A DNA stretch of 64,000 bases from Raillietiella orientalis. Lineage: Eukaryota. The DNA lies in NCBI GenBank assembly GCA_036172245.1, contig JAYWIR010000067.1:248001-312000 (forward strand), read 5' to 3'. The notes beneath the pieces were generated by a model. It searched no databases, was not told the origin of the DNA, and was given only the letters and a program-made list of their open reading frames with translations. A program made the position numbers and the translations under genes. Below, in pieces: positions 1 to 10,800 of the stretch. Position 1 is the first letter of the stretch; each line of letters opens with the position of its first letter.

Positions 1-639
1 ACTTGGCGAAGCGGAGCCTTGCAACCACTTTGTCCACCCAGCGATCCTTTGCAAGGCTGCCACTCCGCAGGAGCGATCCCAAGAACCGATTCGATTCTCA
101 AAGTTGTACTCTGATCCACTGGAAGTCTATTGCGGCTGCGGGGCGACAGGCGGTTTCACGCGGTTTCTTCCTGACAGCTCGGCACTCCGGTCAGAAGGCG
201 ACCTCGCGCGATGACGCGGTTGCACGTTGTACTTGCTCGGACTCGCGCGCTTCCTGATTCACGGTCAATCCTCCTACCATCTTGGGGAAACAACCTGACT
301 CCTTTGGTTCATGAGGACATTATTGGGCATTATCCGCTACTCCTGATGCCACTGCTCGCCTCCGGGGAACTGGCGCCTTTTTGGATGCTTGGCGCACTTT
401 CTGGCAAGAATGACCCGAGAGGGCGCTTCAACATCACGCTTCGACCTCACAAGTTCACAAACGCGATAAAAAGCTCTTGTTGACATGTAAGGTAATAAGG
501 TGTGCATTCGATGTGCTCGCACTGTGCAATGCATGGTGTCCGACGCTTTTGACAGGTGCGATAGCCTGCCGGCCTTCTTTCCGGGTCGTAGAAGAAGTCA
601 GCAGAGCGGTGCGATTTGCAGAATGCTCAGTTCTTCAGC

Positions 640-800
640 GGCACACCGTGCGCGCGGCATGGATTGAGCTGTGCGGCCGCGAGCAACGTCTCAACCGCAG
701 CAGTTTTCCAGGTCAGTGTTTTTGTGCAGCCTCTCCGACAAAAGGAGCATTCCTCCTCCCCTGCGAATGGCATCCTAACTCACTGCGCGCAAGTTCTTTT
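640..800 (-). mobile_element. Degenerate BED zinc-finger-like fragment, possible fossil hAT transposase N-terminus
   Basis: Minus-strand translation VRMPFAGEEECSFCRRGCTKTLTWKTAAVETLL followed (after a frameshift) by RPHSSIH resembles the BED pattern VW-x-F...CxxC...L-x-x-H-x-x-x-H. It is interrupted by stops. Motif resemblance only. Confidence 0.3.
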
Positions 801-1300
801 CCAAAGTTCGGCTTCCAAGTGACGCGAGCGACACGTGCGACGGACGAACGACTTTCCAGATTCGTCTGCAGACGGAGATCAGCACCGGGCCAGTCGTGAG
901 GATTACACAAATCGCTTTCCGCTCGGGAGGGTACGCGTGCGACGCTGCCAGAGTTCCGGACGGAGGATTCGCGAATTCTTTTTCAATTCCTGCCAAGAGT
1001 GAGCTACCCTTTGACATGCTCCATTAGCAGAGATGCTGGTGGAGCTGCCACTCCGTGCGTCGGCATGTGCTGGGAAAAATCGAACCCGACCACGGGGGAG
1101 ATTCAGAGTAGCACATTGATCATCCAGGGAAACGCGCCGCCGTTCGCTTCGAGCGGTCCCGCGAAGTAACTTCGCCGCGGCGCTGCGGAGGAAGCGCGAC
1201 TTGGCGCGTCTTCCGCCTCTCGGAAGCGTGCGAGGTGCTATGCCACGCGTGCAGGCAGGCAGGGGCGATGGTGACTCGCCGGTCACCGTCCACTGCGTGC

Positions 1301-1414
1301 GGATCCCTGCCGTACTCATCGGTAGACCCTCTGATAGAGCTGCTGCTTGCCCTTGTCGGGCCTAAAGAGGCGTTTCAAAGGAGAACAGATAGAGGTGGAA
1401 CCATGGCTAGTTCC
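1301..1414 (-). pseudogene. ND3: Older, more decayed relic of the ND3 C-terminus
   Basis: Begins with a second copy of the ELAxVxPL codons (1389-1414 vs 1429-1454, 23/26 identical). Ends with GGT CTA CC GAT GAG TA CGG CAG GGA TCC, resembling the ND3 C-terminal GLxHEWxQGS with small deletions. Confidence 0.5.
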
Positions 1415-1648
1415 GCGGAGGAAGTAAAATAGAGGTAGCACGATGGCTAGTTCCATATCAAAGATTAAGAACATGATAGTAATCGAGAAGAATCGGATAG
1501 AAATGGGAAGAAATGCGTTAGTTCCGGGTTCGGATCTGCATTCAAAAGGGGATAAAGTATTGTAGTTGAATGGTAGTGTAGGCTCAATGACTAGAGTAAA
1601 TGAAGAAATGGCGACAGTAGTTCATAAGGAAGGCAGGGTAAATTTTAT
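1415..1648 (-). pseudogene. ND3: NUMT: nuclear copy of mitochondrial NADH dehydrogenase subunit 3 (5' two-thirds)
   Basis: AT-rich island in GC-rich DNA. From ATA at 1648 in the invertebrate mitochondrial code (in-frame TGA read as Trp) it gives MKFTLPSLWTTVAISSFTLVIEPTLPFNYNTLSPFECSSEPGTNAFLPISIRFFSITIMFLIFDMELAIVLPLFYF. This matches the ND3 signature SPFECGFDP...LPFSxRFFxxxxxFLIFDxExxxxLP, with the GFD residues mutated. Confidence 0.9.
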
Positions 1649-1837
1649 TCATTTAGGGAAGAGATAAGATGGTGAAACAGCTAATTGACAGTTGTTGAAA
1701 TCCATGGAGTTACCTCGTTAAGCAAGCGAGTCACTGATTGATTGCTGTGCGTTACTGAATATTCAGATTGAAAATTTTTGCTTGAGAAACAAATATTTCA
1801 ACTATAATTTTTATGTCTTTTCAGCTTATGGAAGGTT

Positions 1838-1858
1838 AAAAAAAAAAAAAAAAAAAAA
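1838..1858 (+). repeat. Poly(A) tract at the NUMT boundary
   Basis: Run of about 21 A directly at the end of the AT-rich NUMT-associated segment. Confidence 0.9.
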
Positions 1859-3519
1859 TGCGCAGCAACCAAAACGTGGGCGACACGTGGGTGTGCCCGA
1901 GGGTGCTGCATCGGGAAGTTGTTCCGCTCACCATCTTTTTTTCGGGAAGACAAGGACAACAGGGGCGATGGGTTGGCCCCGAGCTGTTTTTTTTTTTCCG
2001 GTTCGAGGCACGCATCCCGGCTCCTCTGGGAGTGGATGAGCTGCCATGGTTACCTCGGCTGCGCTCTGTTTCCGTATCCCGTCGCGGCAGGTGCGAGAGG
2101 TGCGTCGCGCGCTCCTCGGCTTGGCAAAGGCGTTTTCGTTTCTCCTCGTTCGCGCGGTCGATCCTGGAGCCTTTGAAAGCCTCTGCTTCCCCTCTTTCAA
2201 GTCTTTTGTTCCTTTGCGTCGATCTGCTTCCGTGTGAGCCTCGATCACGCGACTTTTTTTGTGTGTTCTTTCGCTTCCTTTTCCGCTTCCTACCAACGAG
2301 CTTCCTTGCCTATCCCGGACGGGCCCGCCGCTCCGCGCGGCATCTCCTCGTCTTCCGAAACGGAGGTCAGTTGACTGAGGTGTTGGGGGGACCACCTTCT
2401 TCCGAGAGCGGAGTTTGAGGCGCCGCGAACCGTCCTGCGAGCTTTTGCGCTCGCTTGCTCGAGAGGAAAGAGAAAGACGAGATAAACAAAGATGAAAGGA
2501 AAAGGGGAGGGGGGGAAGGAAGGGACGAACACCGAAAAGGAAAGAGTCCTTGGGTCGCTTGCTCCACGGTTCGCTCCGGAAGGACGGCGAACTACGTAGC
2601 AGCAGCTGCTTCCGACGTTTCACCGTGTCGGTCGACATGCCTGAGCGCTCACGCGCATCGTTCAAGTCTAAAGAAGTCGCGCACGCGCAGTGCGAGCAAG
2701 GAGGAACAGAAGAAGAAAAATTGACACAGTGAATCAACTCGGCTGCATTTTCCCTCACAGCCCAAGTCCAGGAGCGAGATGCGGCCGAACGCAGTGCATG
2801 CTCATTCCCTTTTGCCTGATACGTTGGGGCAAACGATTATCCCCATTACTTTTGGCGACTCCGCTCGCTTCTTCGCCTCTCCTTCCACGTCCATAGAGGC
2901 TGTCTGCATCAGGCTTGCAAGTCATGGAGGGACCCTGTAGGAGGGGGTCTGTAGGGATCTTTAGGAGGAGGCAGGAACTCCCTTCCTGTCTAGTCTAGGA
3001 GAACGAGGAGGAGAAGGAAGAGGTACGATCTGCTTTGCCCGTTTCCTACGACTGAGTCCTTCGCTCCTCAGAGTCGGAGTATCCTCATGGGTCGCGAAAA
3101 AAGCGTTCCCCGTCACTATTCTCCCGTGCGGACTCTCATTTCTTCCGACGGTTAGCTGCCCACAGATCGATATATTTTCACCTTGCACAGCCCCTTCGCC
3201 TGCATTCCGGGTGTTGCCTGTTTGCACCTTCCGTTTGCTGGTTAAGGAACAGCGAGCAGCGAGTATTTTTCGTCGTGTTTTCTTCTTTCCTCTTTATGCT
3301 TGTGCGCGCATATGGTTCCCCTTTCTTTCGTTGTTGATGCCCTGTCTGGGATTCGCGGGGATTCCTACCACGGTACAAAAATTTCCAAGATGAGGCAGAG
3401 GAGCAGCCCGTGAATTTAATTTGATTTTTTTTTTCCTTTTCTTTCCTCTGCAGCGAGGAACGGAGAGATTCCTTTCATGAATGCAAATCAATCGGCCCAA
3501 TTTCGTAGTTCGTTAGTTG

Positions 3520-3990
3520 CTTGCGATCCTGAGCAGCGCTGCCATGGGTTACGGAGAGGGTATTGTTGTCCAGCTGCGCTTGCGTGTTTCCCCTTTGCTC
3601 TCGCGACGAGGGCTGAGGCGACGCCATACTTGCGACTGGGCTGCGTGGCCCTTCACCCCGTGAGCCCTTCCCATCTCGGCATTCTCTCAGGTGCACCCGC
3701 TGCTCGCCAGAGAGCAGTGCCCGCAGGGAGTATATGCCTTCTCGGGTGGCTCGCTGGTCCCAGCTCCGGGAACAGCGAAGGGGTCAACAATCGCAGCGGA
3801 TCAACAATCGACAATGTTCCCCTGCGACATTGTTGATTGTTTGGGCATTGTTGTTCGCGGCGCATCCTGGCCGTTACAGAGGACGGCGAGGGCCAAGGCG
3901 ACGCCACGGTTGCGATGGTGAGCTGCGCTCCACCGCACAACTCCCTGCCTCGCCGTTCTCACGGACCCGTCCGATGCAAGCCGGACTCCG
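3520..3990 (+). repeat. Unclassified dispersed repeat family A, copy 1
   Basis: 3800-3990 aligns by eye with 5690-5887 (gacggcgagggccaaggcgacgccacggttgcgatg vs gacgacgagggccgaggagacgccgtggttgcgatg). 3525-3565 matches 5625-5670. Confidence 0.6.
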
Positions 3991-4685
3991 AGGCAGCCAA
4001 CTCCGAGGATCAGGAAATACTCAGAAGCTCCACAGAGCGAGACCGGAAGAGCTTCCGCGCGCCTCGCGTTGCGCGTCTGCCAGGGGGCACCTTTGGCATC
4101 CTGTCTCGTCTCCTGCCCACCCGCGGGCGGCCTCCTCCAGCAGCAGCTTGCTCCACTCTGCCTGCCGCCCAGGCCGCGTCCGCCGGTTTCGCGCGCACAG
4201 GCTTTCCTTCCGGCTTCGCGGGAGGGAAGGTAGGGAGGTCGACGACGCTGACCAATCGTCTCGGATAGATCGTTAGGTGACAGGAAGCGAATTGTTCCTT
4301 TGTTCGAGGAAGGGAACACGGAAGGAGGGAGGATGGATGGTTTCTCAGCATGACATCTGCGGTATCTCTTCCCATTCTTCCCTAACCGGCTTGCTTCCCA
4401 AGTGCGCGCGGGATGGTTTTCCCTGCCTCGGTTCTCGCCGGAGCGGGAAGACGGATGGGACGGTCAGGAGAGGAAGCACCTGCTTGCGGGATGCTCGGGT
4501 GCAGTTGCCGTCACCCTCTGAGGAGGGACGAACGCGTGCCGCGCGATCCGCAGAGCTCCGCGAAGCACCCGCTGGCCGCCGGACGCGTAGATGGAGAGGC
4601 TTGACGGCCCAACTGCAGCCTGCCGCGCGACCCCGGGTCGCGACTTGGCTTCCCGCTCAAAGTCGCGACCCGCTCGCTCGTGTGC

Positions 4686-4834
4686 TCATCTGCGCGTCCG
4701 CTTATTTTTCCTGCTCTCACTCTTCTTTTTCGAGAGGAGCATCCGGCCGGTGAAGGTGCCACGGTGGTAGTCCTCGGAGGCCGCGCCGGAGGGGAGGGCG
4801 AGAAGAGGGATTGGGAACCTCTACAGGGGCTGCT
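4686..4834 (-). pseudogene. Candidate terminal exon of the Side-like gene: EQPL-stop followed by a decayed transmembrane/stop-transfer relic
   Basis: Strong acceptor ccgttcgtcttttcAG (4835-4836), phase 1 compatible with the FN3 exon. TAG at 4821-4823. The same frame continues RFPIPLLALPSGAASEDYHRGTFTGRMLLSKKKSESRKNKRTRR*. Confidence 0.4.
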
Positions 4835-7800
4835 CTGAAAAGACGAACGGCACCTGTTGGTTCCTCCTTCTGCCTGCCTGCGAGACGAGGCGATAGGACC
4901 CTCTGCAGGAAGGTCCACTTCGCATTCGCGGGACGGAAGCGGAGGGTTTGGGACTGCCCTCTCCCCCGTTCCCCTCCGGTCCGGAGGGGCACTGAGGACC
5001 CACCTGAGCTTCCTTCTTCCGGGACCGACAGGAGGTGCTCCAGCTTGAAGATTTCCTTGGCAGCGGTTTTCCTGGAAGGGGGCTCTCCTTCCCCGGGCAA
5101 GAGCTCTTCCTCCGGGAGGGGAGCGTCGCCGCCGAGAGGACCGGACAGGGAGTCGAAAAAGGTCATGCGCTCGACACGCAGGAGGGTCCTCACGCCGTCC
5201 ACGGGAAGCTCGCCGTCGTGATCGCCGCCGCAAGCGACATCCAGCCCCACTGCAGAAACCGTCATGGAACAGCTGGCCAGGACGTCGGCTCCACTGCCTC
5301 CTAGAAGGACCGTCGTTGTCGTTGGCGCCGCCGCCCTGCCTGTCGGTCCTAAATCCCTCAACTTGTCTCCCCCTTTCCTCATGAGCGCGCCAAAGAAACC
5401 GAACAGACTCTACCTGGGAGCTTTCCCCTTAGACAATCCGCGCGGTCAAAGGAACGCAATCGGGAGACTCCCTGGAGCGGCGTCCCCAGGCTCAGGGGAG
5501 GAAGAAGTCTCAGCGGCGCCGCACGCCTGCGAGGCGGCGTTTCTAGGGCGGGCCGCGCGGCCATCCCTGCGTGCTGTGAATGCATCGGCGCAACGCCGTC
5601 TCCGCGGACACGCTCCGCAGAGGCTCGCGATCGTCGGCAGCGCTGACATGGGTTGCAGAGAGCATTGTTACGGGCGAGGGGATCACCGGGGCAACAGTGC
5701 CCTCCTTGCATTGTTGAGAGGAGAAGAGCACTGTTGCCCCGCCACACGCAAACTCGCGGCGTTTCCTCGTCGTGTGGGACGACGACGAGGGCCGAGGAGA
5801 CGCCGTGGTTGCGATGTGCGCTGTGGACCGCCGCACGGCTTCCTCGCCTCAGCGCTCCCCCGGGCCCTCCCGCTGCAAGCCGAAGACGAGGGCGAGGGAA
5901 GAGCGTTGTCGCCTCGCTTTGCCTTGACCTCTCCTTCCACGAGTACCTCCTTGGAAGGGAAGACTCCTTGGGACTCACCAGCCGCCTGTCATCGCCCCTC
6001 CTTCCAGCGGCAAGCAGGCAGGAGAGGCGCAGGTCTCGCCCCCTCCTCGCTCGGGACTTGTGCAGGAGGACCAGGCGCGCGGCAACACATGTGCGACTGA
6101 GGGAGGAAGCGGGCCTTGACCGTTCCTTTCCTGCGGGGAGAGCAGAGGAGCGGCCGACGCTTGGAAGGAGCGGGATCCCCGCGGCAGCAGGACTTGCCCT
6201 CGGGCGTGTTCCCGTGGAAGCCGGAAGGTCCTCGGCACCGCGACAAGAGAGGCACCTGCCCTCGCGCTCACCCCCTGAGGCTTTGGCCGCCGGCCTCTGA
6301 ACGCACAACCCGCACCTGCTCGGCGCTTCTACGATCGTCTCGGAGAGTCCCCCTGCGGATGGCGTCCCCAGTCTGGAAGGGGGGACCGCGAACGCTGCCA
6401 TCTCCTCCCTCTTTCTTTGCGGACGTAAGAGGGCTGCACCTCCCCCCCACTCACCTTTTTCTGTCAGGAAGAGACTCAGCGGCGCCACGAACCCGTCGGC
6501 ACCCTCGAGCAGGCAGCTCTGCTCGCCGGGACGGAATCTCCACAGGAGGCTGCTGCATCCGAGAGGCAGGGCGTCTCTCCGGGGCGGAGCTCCAGGAGAT
6601 GCAGCGGGAAGCTGAAGGAGCTGGAGGGGAGTGAGTCCGGCTGATGAGGCTTTCTTCCCCCCTCCCTTCTCCCTCTTCCCGAGCGCGGCCCCCGTCCACG
6701 CGCCGACCGGGCAGGGACGCTGCAGCGAGACGGCGGCATCATCATCATCAGCGGCGTCGCCTAGCAATCTCCCGGGTCGGCGCGGGGCATCTCCTCCGCC
6801 GGAAGCAGTGGCAGCGGCGTCCCTTCCAATTCCATCCTTCCTGGAGCTGCCTCCGATGCTGCGGCGATCTCTGCCGCTCGGCTGGCACGTGGCGCGATCT
6901 CCCCCGTTCGCGTACCCCCGCCTGGCACGGTGGCACCACTCACGTCGCTCCTCTTCCAGGTGACCACGGAGTCCGTCGGCTTTCCGGAGACGACACAGTG
7001 CAGCCGCAGCCCGGGGTCCAGCCGTGCGCGGTCGTCCACGAGGCTTGCCGCCGCAGGCAGCTCCTGCCCCATGAGTTTCCCTAGAGGGAGAGACGGAGAA
7101 GTTGGGCGTATCTGTCCAGGGGCGCCGTCTTTCAGCTCTCCGTGAAAGGGGAGGGGCGTGCTTTGTCCCCCCGGCCTAACACCAGCTCGCGCAGCTTTCG
7201 GGTGCCGCGGCCGCCGCCAGGCGAAACCTGTGCGTCTGAAAGGAGGAAGTGAAGTGGGCGCAGGGAACGCATGTCTCGTCTCCCGGCCCTCGCCCTGCGG
7301 GACCCTTGTTCGCGGGAAGCGCGAGGGAGGGCGGCGGATCAACAGGGTAGGCCTCCCCTGCTCGAAACATTCTCGCAGGGGCAAGGCTCTTGCTCCTCCC
7401 CTCCTTTCTGAGAACCCCGGAGCGTCACGTGTCTCCTCAGGGAGGACATCGGGGAGGCCGGACGATGCCGTCGCTACGTGGAGTTGACAACGCTACCAGG
7501 GGTATGTGCGCGGCCCCGTCAGGGGGGAAGTCCCGAGGGGACTGCCCTAGTGAATCCAGGAAGACTCCGAAGGCGGGAACAGGGCGGGGATACCGGAGGA
7601 GAACCCGAAGGAATCACCCAGAGGAAGGGCCATCCTCTTCTTTTTCTCCCCCGATTAACGACGACCTCCCAGAGAGGACCTCCGGAAGGTCACGGGCACC
7701 CTCGGCTCCCGGGGCGCGGCGACCGAGGGTGTGACGCACGTCTTCTGCCGCCGCCAGCACTGAGGATCCGATTGGAGTCGGCGAATTCCCGGGAGTCGGG

Positions 7801-10800
7801 GACTGGGGAGGAGGGAGGCGCTGGGGTTAGGAAGAGGGGGTGGCGAAAGGCGCGGGAGAGGGAGATGTCCTCCCCTCCCTCTACTTGCTTGGGGCGTCCG
7901 GCATCCAGAGGCTCTCCAGAGCGGAGCCGTCCATCAGGGGGTTCTCGGCCCGGCAGGTGACCTGCCCTCCAGGGAGGTCATCCTCGTCCCGGAGCAGGAG
8001 CACGCCGACGGTGTTCCCGTCGTCCCGCACCTGAAGCAGAGCCGCCGTCAGCCCCCGCGAGGGGGCGAAGGAAAAGGAGGGAGGCGCGCGCGGCACGTGA
8101 CCCTTCCCCGCTGCCGCGACCTCACTTAACGATTTGCACTGCGCGTCCCAGCTGCCTTCCTCCTGACCACCAGGTTATCTTGGCCGGCGGCAAGGATCCA
8201 TACGTCTTGCAGGCAAGCTGCAGCCCGGACTGGAGCTGCGACCTTAGGGAGATGACCTCTACAGCCCGGGGTTTCACTGGAAGGGGGAGAGAAGATGGAA
8301 GCGACCTGTGAGGAGAGCCCTCCCGGAGATAGGTCGTGAAAGGGGGGGGGGGGACGGAGCGGCCAGAGCGTGAGACCCTTCGAAGGGGGATGACCCTGTT
8401 GCGAGGAGAGGCCGTCCAAAGATCGGCAGAGTACGGAATCGCCCTGCGACCTCCCCACTCTGCACCCTGCCTTCCCCTCCCCCGCTCCCAATGCACTCAC
8501 GGTTCAGCTTGATGCGCAGCGACGCGGATCGCGCAGCCGTCAGGTTGTTGTTGGAAGCGATGCAGGTGACCTCCTCGTTGACAACCTCCCTCGTCAGGCG
8601 CTCTATGAAGAGGTCGTTCTTGGTGGTGGTCTCGTTGACAACATAGTAGGTCTTGTCGGCAATGACGTCCCCCTTCTTCCAGACGACGGTGGGCTTGGGG
8701 TGGCCTGCAGCGCAAACCCGTGCACATCAGGGAGGGCACCTCGGACCTTCGCGACTTTCCCCCTTCCTCCACCCCCCTCTTTCTCGCTGCGGCTGTCCGC
8801 TGTGTGCGCGCGCCCCTTTCGACGCCTTGCTCGCTCGCGCGGGGCGCTCCTTCCTGGATCCGGAACCGCTTCCGGGACGGAACCGGAAACGGCACGCGCC
8901 CCGGGCTCTTCCCGCTCGCTTCTTTTGTTTCGCTTTCCTCCTCCCCGCTTCTCCACGGGGACCTTTGCTTCTTCGGAGGAAAGAGGAAAAGAAGAAAAAA
9001 CCCTTGGAACTCCGGGGACCTTTCGGGTGCACACGCACTTCCCCTCCCTCGCCGCGCACGCTGCTTCCCTCCTTCCCCTTCAAGGCAGGAGGGAAGCAAC
9101 GGGAAGGGTCGTTTCCCTATGGGATGAGGACGGACCCCTCCCGCGCTTCGCTCCGTCCTCCCCCCCGGCTTCCGGTCGCAGCATGCGGAGGAAGATGAGA
9201 CCGACCGTCGTAGACCTCGCAGACAAGGCCGAGGGAGCTGTCTTCGTCCAAAGGTCCGATGGTCCCGTTGGTCTTCCTTCCGTCCTTCGTCCTGATGACC
9301 GGGAAGCTGTGGAGGGCTGGGGAGAGAGGAAAATTTCGAGGAGCGGGGATGAGAAACGCCCAGGGGGCAAGAGGCAACCCTGGTCCGCCTACGCGGAGGC
9401 ACCCACCGGCGGAGAAGCCATATGCTTGTCCGCTTTCCTCATTCAGGCGGCGGTGGGGTGGACCGGGAGACCACCATCTTCCGGTGCCTCCCAGTGGGAA
9501 TGCTCCCTAAGATGCCCTCCGCGTCCTTCCCTTCCCATCACATCCCTTCTCCGAGCTTATTGCATTTTTGCTTTCTCCACGGTCCTCCGCCATGGTCATG
9601 CGACCTTCACGTTCCCCTTCACTCTCCTCCCCTACTCATACCCCTTCTCTCCCCTCTCCTTAGCGTCGCTTGCTTCTCTCTGTCCAGCGTTGCAATGCTG
9701 CGCGCCTCTCTTCTGTTTAACGACGTCTTCCGGAGTTCATTCCGAGTCTGCTCGGTTGCCAGGGTTTCCGACGCTTCTCCCGCCATTGTCGGGGACACGC
9801 GGCGGAATTCAATTGTTGGAATCACGGCCTGCATCAGCTGAGGGCAGTGGGAAACAAACAAGCCGCGCACCGCTCGCCTCGCCGAGGGGACGAGCCACGT
9901 GGTTGTGGTGCGGCTGCTGGGGATGGCGGCGGTATTTCAGCCAGAAAGAATTAGAATACGTCAGAATGGGGACCAGAGTTCCTCGAAAGGTCTTACGAGA
10001 CGGCACTGTCCTCGCTTCGGGCAGACGGTGGTCTGTCCGGAGTGCGGTGGACACGATCGCGCACTACGCAAAGAATCGATGGAAGACTCGCTTCTGGCGT
10101 CAGGAAACCAACGGGGAGCTTTCTGCTATTCTTGTCCTTTTTTCAGCTTTCGTTTCCAAAGTAACCGAAGTCGTTTCTGGAACCTTTTGAGCCACAAACC
10201 TATCCCTGCGAATCGGGGCTCTTGGGCTCCGGAAGCTCATCGATTCGAGTGAGCTGGCAGTGAGGATTTGGCGTCAACGCTCCTCCCCCCTTTCCTCCTC
10301 CCCCTCCCTCCCCTCTGCCTCGCGTACGCCTCCGCCTCCGTCTCCATCCTCCCGCCAGAGTTCCTCGCAACCTGAACGCGTCCTGCCTCGAGCCCGTCCC
10401 GTCTTCGTCAGGAGGTTCCACGAGAGCAGCGACGGCGAACTCCCGTTCGCCCAGCGAGGCGGGACTGCTGCTGCCGCCACTACCGCTCTTCGCCGGCTCC
10501 TCTGGGGAAGAAGGGGAGGGGGAGGGGAGGTTTCCCCTCCTCCGAAAGCGGGATGAACTTTTGCGCCGCTAGCAACGGGAAGCTCCAATTAACGGGTTGT
10601 TTAAAACAATTCCGCGCGGAATGGATGCCGGCGATCGATCAGAAGGGAGAAACGCCATAGACAACGGGAAGTCTGCAAGCAGGCAGAAATGAATCTTCAC
10701 CATTTCTTCCACCGGAGAGATTGCCAGCAGGAATGTATGGCCTTTCCCCCTCCTCCTCCTCCTTAGCAGTCCATCAACGTCCTCCTCCTCCGGACCGATA

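Noticed and set aside
5379..6767. 462-aa minus-strand ORF as a single CDS
   Set aside because: It runs across introns and a dispersed repeat. Only the 6455-6620 part is in a plausible exon frame.
8700..10190. 496-aa plus-strand ORF
   Set aside because: Low-complexity Pro/Ser/Arg/Ala composition, antisense to real exons, no domain. A weak hAT-like stretch near 9930-10090 (RRWSV...YAKNRW) was too faint to call.
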